64,000 nucleotides of DNA from positions 76,595 through 140,594 of IMG/VR virus record IMGVR_UViG_3300017917_002795; one strand, given 5' to 3'. This stretch comes from a virus. The notes under the pieces are model-generated. The model did no database searches. It was not told the origin of the DNA and saw only the letters and a program-made list of their open reading frames with translations. The position numbers and the translations under genes were made by a program. Positions 57,530 to 64,000 of this stretch are shown in pieces; the stretch's first letter is position 1, and every line of letters begins with the position of its first letter.

Positions 57530-58775
57530 GAATTTTATATATTTCCCATCATTGTCAGCAGGATCTATGGTATCTGCATTTAAAAAGGATACTAAATTCA
57601 CTGATGGCACTACGATGCGGTTTTTTGCTAAAGAATATCCAGAACAATGGAGACATCCATATTTTTTGATCACAGCAGGTCACCACTACAAAAAAGAAGA
57701 TTTCCGTCAACAAATCGGATTAGATGACGATGTTTTTGTGTTTGGCGATTCAGGAGGATTCCAGATTGCAACTGGTGCTTTAAAATGGGATAGCACTATT
57801 CGTGAAAGAATTTTTCATTGGTTAGAAGCTAATTCCAATGTAGCAGCAAATTTAGATATTCCGCCACGTGTTCAATTTGAAAATCGGTTTCAAGAAGCAA
57901 TGGATATATCATTTGATAATTTTAAATGGTTTGAAAAACATCAGTCAGGCAAAACCAAGTTTTTGAATGTGTTACAAGGCACATTTACCGATGAATACAC
58001 TACCTGGTATCATCGTTTCAAAGATTTTGATTTTAATGGTTGGTGTATTGGTGGTCCTAGAAAACTTGTTAACTTTATGTTTTCAATTGCATTGCTCTTA
58101 AAAGAACGAGAATTTGAAAAGGAGCATGTACAATATATTCACTTGTTAGGCATATCAAAAATATCAGATTTCTTCATACTATCGACTCTGCAAAAGTTAC
58201 TTAATGAGTTAACTGCCGGACGAGTGCAATTATCCACAGATTCATCTTCACCAGGACAATATCCAGTATACGGAACATATTTACACTCAACAAACTATAA
58301 AACGCAGTCATTCACTGAATTGTATTTTCCTAAAAATGCAGAATATCGTCGCAAAACACATATCAAACAAGGAAAAGACGGTGAAATTTCAATTGATAAG
58401 ACAAAACATGTGCCATGCAGCTTAGATTGTCCAGCATGCCGCGATTTTACATATGAATACTTAGGCGGTGAAACTGCAGATGGATTAGATCGTTATTCAC
58501 AAGAAGGAATGCCAAGAATGGTGGTTCATAACACTCATTTGTATGTTACCATGGCAAAAGACATTGACAAACTAGTGGATAATCACGTTGAATTGTTAGA
58601 AACCGCAATACCTGCAGATTTATTCACAGTTATTGTTTCATTGCATGATATGTTTAACGATCCAGATAATGCAATGCAGGTTTATGAAAAATACATCAAA
58701 ACATATAAAAAATTCGGTGGAGATAGTGTATCAACTACCGATGCAGAAAACTTTAACAAATTCTTTAAATTTTAA
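57522..58775 (+). CDS. dpdA: DNA guanine transglycosylase (TGT fold, DpdA family)
   Basis: GDSGGFQ, LDIPP, VLQG, IGG, HLLG, DSSSP and Zn site C..DCPAC...HN; co-located with folE/queD/queE. Confidence 0.82.
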   Translation: MSKNFIYFPSLSAGSMVSAFKKDTKFTDGTTMRFFAKEYPEQWRHPYFLITAGHHYKKEDFRQQIGLDDDVFVFGDSGGFQIATGALKWDSTIRERIFHWLEANSNVAANLDIPPRVQFENRFQEAMDISFDNFKWFEKHQSGKTKFLNVLQGTFTDEYTTWYHRFKDFDFNGWCIGGPRKLVNFMFSIALLLKEREFEKEHVQYIHLLGISKISDFFILSTLQKLLNELTAGRVQLSTDSSSPGQYPVYGTYLHSTNYKTQSFTELYFPKNAEYRRKTHIKQGKDGEISIDKTKHVPCSLDCPACRDFTYEYLGGETADGLDRYSQEGMPRMVVHNTHLYVTMAKDIDKLVDNHVELLETAIPADLFTVIVSLHDMFNDPDNAMQVYEKYIKTYKKFGGDSVSTTDAENFNKFFKF

Positions 58776-58786
58776 TTAGGATAAAC

Positions 58787-59497
58787 ATGGAAAAAAGCAA
58801 ATTACAATCATTCATCAATCGTTACTATTTGGCAGGTAACTGTGAAGCAGTTAAACTCAAAGAAAACGAAACTGGTGTTAGTTCTGAATTGATCGATGTA
58901 GATCAAACCGTTGTTGGTAAGATTCAATGGAAAACGACCCCATTTATGCGAGGTGAATTAGGTATCAATCATACAGGAGCATTGAATAAAATGTTAGGTG
59001 CATTAGGTGAAAATATCACCATCAATGTTAAAGATGCTGCTGGTAAGAACTATGCAATGGAAATTACAGAAGGCAGCACAAAGGTAACTTTCATGTTGGC
59101 TGATACAACGGTTATTCCTGCAGTACCAACTATCAACGCAGAACCAGACTATCAAATTAACATTCCAGTAAACGATGAATTCGTTAGCAAGTTCATTAAG
59201 GCAAAGAATGCTTTACCAGACGCTAAGAATTTTGCAGTGCAAGTTAAAGATGGTGTAATCAAATTCATCATCAATTATTCAACGGTTAATGCAGATAACA
59301 TTTCATTTGAAGTAGGCACAACAAATGCAGATGATATGGAACCAGTATGTTTCTCAGCAGATAAATTGAAAGAAGTACTTGTTGCAAATCGTGGAGATGC
59401 AGGACAATTGCATGTATCACCAGATGGATTGTCTCGAATTGATTTTGTTGGTAATGACTTTGAATCTAGCTATTGGCTTGTTCAATTGCAAAATTAA
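58787..59497 (+). CDS. DNA sliding clamp (gp45/PCNA-like)
   Basis: Size 236 aa; two-domain alternating beta/alpha pattern; near the clamp loader. Confidence 0.65.
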   Translation: MEKSKLQSFINRYYLAGNCEAVKLKENETGVSSELIDVDQTVVGKIQWKTTPFMRGELGINHTGALNKMLGALGENITINVKDAAGKNYAMEITEGSTKVTFMLADTTVIPAVPTINAEPDYQINIPVNDEFVSKFIKAKNALPDAKNFAVQVKDGVIKFIINYSTVNADNISFEVGTTNADDMEPVCFSADKLKEVLVANRGDAGQLHVSPDGLSRIDFVGNDFESSYWLVQLQN

Positions 59498-59522
59498 ATT
59501 TGGAATAATATAGGTACAAAAT

Positions 59523-59571
59523 TAATATGGTTCTCATATTTATAATAAAGGAACTATATGGAACCATATTA
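59523..59571 (+). promoter_or_regulatory. Start/RBS-sequestering hairpin with late motif
   Basis: TAATATGGTTC (59523-59533) pairs perfectly with GAACCATATTA (59561-59571); alternatively ATATGGTTCT pairs with GGAACTATAT over the RBS. ATATTTAT at 59536. Confidence 0.75.
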
Positions 59572-60190
59572 TATTTGTGATTGTCCAACATGTGGCAAAC
59601 CTAAGTATTCAAAAGCAAAAAAGAAACCAGTTGGGAAACTATTAGAACAACTAAAAACATGGGAATGTTATAGCTGTTCTAGAAAAGGTGAAAAAAATCC
59701 ATCATATGGTAAAGCTAAAACAGAAGAATGGAAACGAAAAGTTTCGGAAAAAAATAAAGGATGTATTGGATATTGGACAGGTAAACGTCATACGATTGAA
59801 TCAAATCAAAAAAGATCTGCAAGTTTAATAAAATCATATGAAACAAAAAAACGTAAAGCTGATGGATATTTAATATCTTTGGGAATGGAAAATGGATTGG
59901 CAATTGGACTAACTAGAGAAGAATATGAACAATTAATTTCGGATAAACGGCGTTATTATAATGCAGTTCATAAAATAACTAATCGACAAAATATAAAAAG
60001 TTTAGAACATTATGAAAAACGCGGTAAATCAAAAAAAGGAACAGACAATTATCAATTAGATCATATTATACCAATATCAGAGGGATTTCGGAATAATATA
60101 GATCCTAATATTATTGGAGATATAACTAATTTAAGATTTATTCCATGGAAAGAAAATATATTAAGAACTAAGATAAATAGAATAATTTAA
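59558..60190 (+). CDS. Free-standing HNH endonuclease with Zn finger and NUMOD3-like motifs
   Basis: CPTC...CYSC; GEKNPSYGK...EE.K.K.S; YQLDHIIP...NLRFIPW.EN. Confidence 0.82.
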   Translation: MEPYYICDCPTCGKPKYSKAKKKPVGKLLEQLKTWECYSCSRKGEKNPSYGKAKTEEWKRKVSEKNKGCIGYWTGKRHTIESNQKRSASLIKSYETKKRKADGYLISLGMENGLAIGLTREEYEQLISDKRRYYNAVHKITNRQNIKSLEHYEKRGKSKKGTDNYQLDHIIPISEGFRNNIDPNIIGDITNLRFIPWKENILRTKINRII

Positions 60191-60193
60191 AAA

Positions 60194-60622
60194 ATGCAAG
60201 TAAGAGTAAAACGACTTCACGATAGCGCAACGATCCCGGCATATTCAAAGCCGGGAGATGCGGGAATGGATTTAACTGTCATATCCATGGAAAAGGATGA
60301 ATATGGAAATGTTGTATATAGAACTGGACTGGCTATCGAAATTCCAGCTGGTTATGTAGGATTATTGTTTCCTAGATCATCTAACAGCAAAACAGATTTA
60401 TACTTAACAAATCATGTTGGTGTTATAGATTCAGGTTACCGAGGTGAAATTATGCTTAAATTTCGAGCCAACCCTAGCTTAATCAATGCAAGAATACATC
60501 ATCCAGGCGATAGAGTAGTACAATTAATGATATTACCATATCCGCAAGTAACATTAGTAGAAACAACAGAACTATCAGACACAGAACGAGGTGATGGTGG
60601 ATTTGGATCAACAGGAAAATAA
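60194..60622 (+). CDS. dut: Trimeric dUTPase
   Basis: DAGMDL, PRSS, GVIDSGYRGE and RGDGGFGSTG motifs. Confidence 0.96.
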   Translation: MQVRVKRLHDSATIPAYSKPGDAGMDLTVISMEKDEYGNVVYRTGLAIEIPAGYVGLLFPRSSNSKTDLYLTNHVGVIDSGYRGEIMLKFRANPSLINARIHHPGDRVVQLMILPYPQVTLVETTELSDTERGDGGFGSTGK

Positions 60623-60627
60623 GAAAT

Positions 60628-61551
60628 ATGCAAACTATAGAACACGACCTTTGGGTAGAATCATGTAGGCCTTCAACGTTAGAAGGTTATATCGGAAATG
60701 AAGCTTTGATTGAAAAAGCTAAAATATGGATTGAAAGTGGAGAATTGCCACACTTATTATTTTATGGATCTGCTGGCACTGGTAAAACAACGTTGGCTAA
60801 GATCCTAGCAAATGCAGTAGATTCGCAAGTTATGTATCTAAATGCATCAGATACGAATAGTGTAGAGACAGTACGAGACCAAATATCTAGATTTGCTAGT
60901 AGTGTAGGTTTCAAACGATGGAAAATCATCATATTGGATGAGTTCGATTATATGACGCCAAATGCAATGGCAGCTCTTCGCAACTTAATGGAGACATATA
61001 GCAAAACAACACGATTCATCTTAACATGTAACTATGTTGAAAAGATTATTGATCCAATTCAATCACGTTGTCAAACATTTGCCATAACACCACCAAATAA
61101 AACGGATGTTGCTAAAAGATTGGTTGAGGTACTTCAAGAAAAGAATATTACCTTCGATATCAAAGACGTTGCTGCAATAATCAACACATCTTATCCGGAT
61201 ATTCGCCGAGCAATTAATGCAGCACAAGCATCCGTTGTTAACGGAGTGTTGCAATTAGATAAGGCAAGTGCAATACAAGCCAATTACATGACCGAGATTC
61301 TAGAAATGTTGAAGAATGCTACGGATAAGAAAGGAACATTCACAAAAATCCGGCAATGTATTGCTGATAGCAAAGTTAAAGATTTCACGCCATTATATAC
61401 ATTTCTTTATGATAACCTAGATGAATTTGCGCATGGCCATGTTGCCCCGTGCATTTTGATCATAGCAGAATCGCAATTCAAGGACGCAAGTGTGGTGGAT
61501 AAAGAAATCAACATAATGGCAATGTTTGTAAATTTATTAGGAGAATTATGA
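60628..61551 (+). CDS. Clamp loader AAA+ subunit (gp44/RFC-small-like)
   Basis: W.E..RP, GSAGTGKTT, LNASD, ILDEFD, TCNY and SRC motifs. Confidence 0.93.
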   Translation: MQTIEHDLWVESCRPSTLEGYIGNEALIEKAKIWIESGELPHLLFYGSAGTGKTTLAKILANAVDSQVMYLNASDTNSVETVRDQISRFASSVGFKRWKIIILDEFDYMTPNAMAALRNLMETYSKTTRFILTCNYVEKIIDPIQSRCQTFAITPPNKTDVAKRLVEVLQEKNITFDIKDVAAIINTSYPDIRRAINAAQASVVNGVLQLDKASAIQANYMTEILEMLKNATDKKGTFTKIRQCIADSKVKDFTPLYTFLYDNLDEFAHGHVAPCILIIAESQFKDASVVDKEINIMAMFVNLLGEL

Positions 61552-61766
61552 GTATGAATATCAATGTTGGACCGCAAGATATGCAACCAATCCAATGCAA
61601 CGAATGTGACGGAATGTATTTTCGCCAAGTAATGGCAATCAACAAAGTATCAAAGTTCTTAACGGGAGCTGATAAAGATACCATAGTACCAATACCAGTA
61701 TTCCGATGTGATGATTGTGGTGCTATTCCAGCCGAGTTCCAACCAATTAAAACAAAACTTAAATAG
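61548..61766 (+). CDS. Small Zn-ribbon protein
   Basis: CNEC...CDDCG. Confidence 0.65.
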   Translation: MSMNINVGPQDMQPIQCNECDGMYFRQVMAINKVSKFLTGADKDTIVPIPVFRCDDCGAIPAEFQPIKTKLK

Positions 61767-61981
61767 TGTCTATACAATATTATAAAAGTACAGTAACTAT
61801 TGTGTTCAAAACATCAAATCGCAGCAATGCAAAGACCAAGATGAAAACATTTCGCAATAAATCTGCAGATGATATTTTAGATGCTAAACGCATTGTAGGA
61901 ATACCAGAAAATGCAGTTATACTGGAAATAGGAATAGGTAAACAATTAGAACAACAATATCGTAACAAATATAAACTATAA
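61766..61981 (+). CDS. Small basic hypothetical protein (GTG start)
   Basis: Fills the operon gap, overlapping the upstream stop. Confidence 0.5.
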   Translation: MSIQYYKSTVTIVFKTSNRSNAKTKMKTFRNKSADDILDAKRIVGIPENAVILEIGIGKQLEQQYRNKYKL

Positions 61982-61984
61982 TAA

Positions 61985-62437
61985 ATGGCAGAAGAAAAAC
62001 GTAAAGCAGCTACAATGTTTGATTTCATTGATGGGGTGACTCACAAAAAACGAGAATGGTCACGCTGGTCTGAAATGGATCAAAAAGCATTTAGTCCGTT
62101 CATGATGAATCGATTCTTATCAATGCGAATGGAGTTAACTGAATTGATCAATGAGTTTCAAACATATACAATTGGACTGCTCCGGCCACAAGAAACATAT
62201 CGTTTATACTTTGAATTGTTACCTAACAACAAGGCCTTTGCTAAATATATTAAAGGTAAATCTGAGGATCGTTATGATAAAGTATTAGTTGATCAGATTG
62301 CAGAACATTATCAAGTAAGTCGCGCAGAAGCTGCAGATTATTTAGATTTAATGGATAAGACACAGTGTGAACGCATATTGACTATGTATGGATACTCCGA
62401 CGGAGAAAAAAAGAAACTATTGAAAGGAATACGATGA
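61985..62437 (+). CDS. Clamp loader small subunit (gp62-like)
   Basis: FDFI..., F.PFM.NRFLS, Y.V S..EA..Y pattern; follows the gp44-like gene. Confidence 0.65.
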   Translation: MAEEKRKAATMFDFIDGVTHKKREWSRWSEMDQKAFSPFMMNRFLSMRMELTELINEFQTYTIGLLRPQETYRLYFELLPNNKAFAKYIKGKSEDRYDKVLVDQIAEHYQVSRAEAADYLDLMDKTQCERILTMYGYSDGEKKKLLKGIR

Positions 62438-62838
62438 CAGCAGAACAATTTGTATATTGGCTACAAGGTTTTATGGAAGTGGCAGATCCTGCAAGATTGG
62501 GTGAAAGAGAAACTCAGATGATTAAAGACCATTTGAAGTTGGTATTTGACAAACAGACACCAGATCGTAATATTACAGTGCCAGTCACACAACCATCAGC
62601 ACCAACGCCAACGATGCCATACCCAAAATGGCAAGAACCACATTGGCAACCAAATCCATACCAAATTACGTGTGATGACAATAATAATCTCCCAGATCTA
62701 ATGACTACTCCGTTATGTAGTGCAACTACAATAACTACAACACCACTTGATCCTGATATTCAAAAGGCAATGGATGTATTTGCTCGAGAAACTAAAAAAG
62801 AACCTAAAAGAAGCAAATCCTCCGAATTAAAATGTTAA
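62434..62838 (+). CDS. Hypothetical protein
   Basis: MT.EQF.YWLQGF.E...IKDHL.LVF.K.TP N-terminus with a Pro/Thr-rich tail. Confidence 0.6.
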   Translation: MTAEQFVYWLQGFMEVADPARLGERETQMIKDHLKLVFDKQTPDRNITVPVTQPSAPTPTMPYPKWQEPHWQPNPYQITCDDNNNLPDLMTTPLCSATTITTTPLDPDIQKAMDVFARETKKEPKRSKSSELKC

Positions 62839-62840
62839 TC

Positions 62841-63038
62841 ATGAGCACAATAAACACACAATCACATTACAAAGGCAAGGATAGCCTTTATAAATTTGCA
62901 GAAGAATGGGGCTTGAATGCTTATGAATTTGATATCATTAAACGCATTGTAAGATGTCGGCATAAAGGCTCCTTTCAGCAAGATCTAGAAAAAACCAAAG
63001 ATTTGATTGACATATATCTAAAAGAATTTGGGAAATAG
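62841..63038 (+). CDS. DUF3310-like protein
   Basis: SHY......F..IK.I.R...KG...DLEK...I.. Confidence 0.65.
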   Translation: MSTINTQSHYKGKDSLYKFAEEWGLNAYEFDIIKRIVRCRHKGSFQQDLEKTKDLIDIYLKEFGK

Positions 63039-63039
63039 G

Positions 63040-63068
63040 TTGGATATTACACTGTAATTTCATATATT
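63040..63068 (+). promoter_or_regulatory. Early promoter
   Basis: TTGGAT-N17-TATATT. Confidence 0.65.
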
Positions 63069-63086
63069 TTAGAAAAAAATAAAAAA

Positions 63087-63281
63087 ATGGAAAACAAAAG
63101 TAGTATGAAAGTGGTAAAAGCCACATTAGCAGCAGCGGCTTTTATGATGTTAACAACGTTGCTTGGTGACTACGTAATTAGCACCGAAATCAATGTTTTT
63201 ATTCAATTAGCAGCAACCGCATTGTGGTTTTTTGGTTCAGTTGAATTAGGTAAAATATTTATCGATCTTTTAAAATCTTAA
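63087..63281 (+). CDS. Small 2-TM membrane protein
   Basis: Two hydrophobic segments. Confidence 0.55.
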   Translation: MENKSSMKVVKATLAAAAFMMLTTLLGDYVISTEINVFIQLAATALWFFGSVELGKIFIDLLKS

Positions 63282-63284
63282 AAA

Positions 63285-63743
63285 ATGAAAAAATTATTTG
63301 TACTTGTATCAGCAGTATTCATATTTGCATCATGCACTGAAAATTATTCTAATGGTGAACGTATTGGTATGATAACTAAATTTTCAAAGAAAGGATTGGT
63401 ATATGATTCGTGGGAAGGCACTTTGAATACTACACAAACAGGAATGAATTCAGCTCAGTCATTTGAATTCTCAGTAGATAATGATGTAAATGATCCAGTT
63501 ACTATTGCAAATTTGGATTCTGCGGCCACTTATGGTTGGAAAGTAAAGATTAAGTATCACGAAACTTTTGGCAAAAATTGGTTTAGTAATAGAGGAGAAA
63601 CCAATTACTTTGTTAATGAAGTTGAGGTATTAGATAAAACTCCAATGGCTAACATGTTCGGGGATAAATCTGATTCTAATACACCCACCGGTAAAGTTGT
63701 GGATACTATTTATGTTGTAATTGACAAGTCTCAATTGAAATAA
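63285..63743 (+). CDS. Lipoprotein
   Basis: MKKLFVLVSAVFIFAS|C lipobox; YS.G.R.G...KFS.KG....WEG.L. Confidence 0.75.
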   Translation: MKKLFVLVSAVFIFASCTENYSNGERIGMITKFSKKGLVYDSWEGTLNTTQTGMNSAQSFEFSVDNDVNDPVTIANLDSAATYGWKVKIKYHETFGKNWFSNRGETNYFVNEVEVLDKTPMANMFGDKSDSNTPTGKVVDTIYVVIDKSQLK

Positions 63744-63760
63744 CAAAATATAGTTTATTG

Positions 63761-63795
63761 AGTGCTAGCAGAAATGTTAGCACTTTTTTACTGTT
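63761..63795 (+). terminator. Intrinsic terminator with ACTGTT tail
   Basis: AGTGCTAGCA-gaaa-TGTTAGCACT-TTTTTACTGTT. Confidence 0.85.
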
Positions 63796-63798
63796 ATT

Positions 63799-63827
63799 TT
63801 GGTTTATATTAATTTTTTTCATATAAT
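63799..63827 (+). promoter_or_regulatory. Early promoter, predicted leaderless transcript
   Basis: TTGGTT-N17-TATAAT, ending 5 nt before ATG 63833. Confidence 0.65.
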
Positions 63828-63832
63828 ATAGT

Positions 63833-64000
63833 ATGAAACAAGGAAACTATTTAAGTCCTATATATAAACTGTCAATGCGCGATGCTACGACAGTTCCTCG
63901 CAAGATATCTTATTCACAATGGGCTTTGTTTGAACGTTGTCCGCTATCATGGAAACTTAATTATATTGATGGATTAGCTCCATTCCAATCAAGCATTGAC
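63833..64000 (+). CDS. N-terminus of a PD-(D/E)xK (Cas4/RecB-like) exonuclease, truncated by the window end
   Basis: My translation MKQGNYLSPIYKLSMRDATTVPRKISYSQWALFERCPLSWKLNYIDG contains the ISYSQ...CP..W...Y motif. Confidence 0.65.
   Translation, partial: MKQGNYLSPIYKLSMRDATTVPRKISYSQWALFERCPLSWKLNYIDGLAPFQSSID

Noticed and set aside
57522-58775. tRNA-modifying Tgt / queuosine auxiliary metabolism
   Set aside because: No queA, queF or queG and no tRNA genes seen; location in the replication module fits a DNA-acting DpdA better, though tRNA activity is not formally excluded.
59500-59528. Possible early promoter TTGGAA-N17-TAATAT before the HNH gene
   Set aside because: The -10 box deviates from the other twelve sites and overlaps the hairpin arm; it may be a remnant.
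1-64000. Stop-codon reassignment, tRNA or rRNA genes, firm host assignment
   Set aside because: Standard code gives dense, full-length genes ending in TAA, TGA and TAG; no cloverleaf recognised by eye. The lipoprotein signal hints at a Bacteroidota-related host, but AAGGA RBSs and sigma70-like promoters do not fit typical Bacteroidia, so no host is called.

Overview
This is an AT-rich, gene-dense segment of a large contractile-tailed (T4-superfamily-like) phage, with nearly all genes on the + strand. About 1-33.9 kb is the virion module: neck proteins, tail terminator, many Thr/Gly/Ser-rich fibre or adhesin genes, sheath, tube, tape measure and baseplate. It includes an accessory block with an acidic coiled-coil fibre, an LRR protein, and an inverted operon encoding a J-domain protein and a DUF2827-like glycosyltransferase. 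About 33.9-64 kb is replication and nucleotide metabolism: a short family-A polymerase, SSB, RecA/UvsX, 5'-3' nuclease, helicase, family-B polymerase, clamp and clamp loader, dUTPase, thioredoxin, GroES and HPRT. Four features stand out. (1) A 7-deazaguanine DNA-modification pathway (FolE, QueD, QueE, a DpdL-like LxxxHRHxF protein, DpdA; no QueC in the window), whose dpdA ends an operon with a cytidylyltransferase, a SAM methyltransferase and a GT-B glycosyltransferase, suggesting a hypermodified base. (2) A class II ribonucleotide reductase split into two genes by a split intein, with a free-standing endonuclease between the halves. (3) Two promoter classes readable from the sequence: TTKGDW-N17-TATMWT, five copies of which predict leaderless mRNAs, and a late-type ATATTTAT motif. 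(4) All three homing-endonuclease genes have a hairpin covering the RBS or start codon, with the ATATTTAT motif in or next to the loop. All calls come from motif recognition by eye; no database searches were run.
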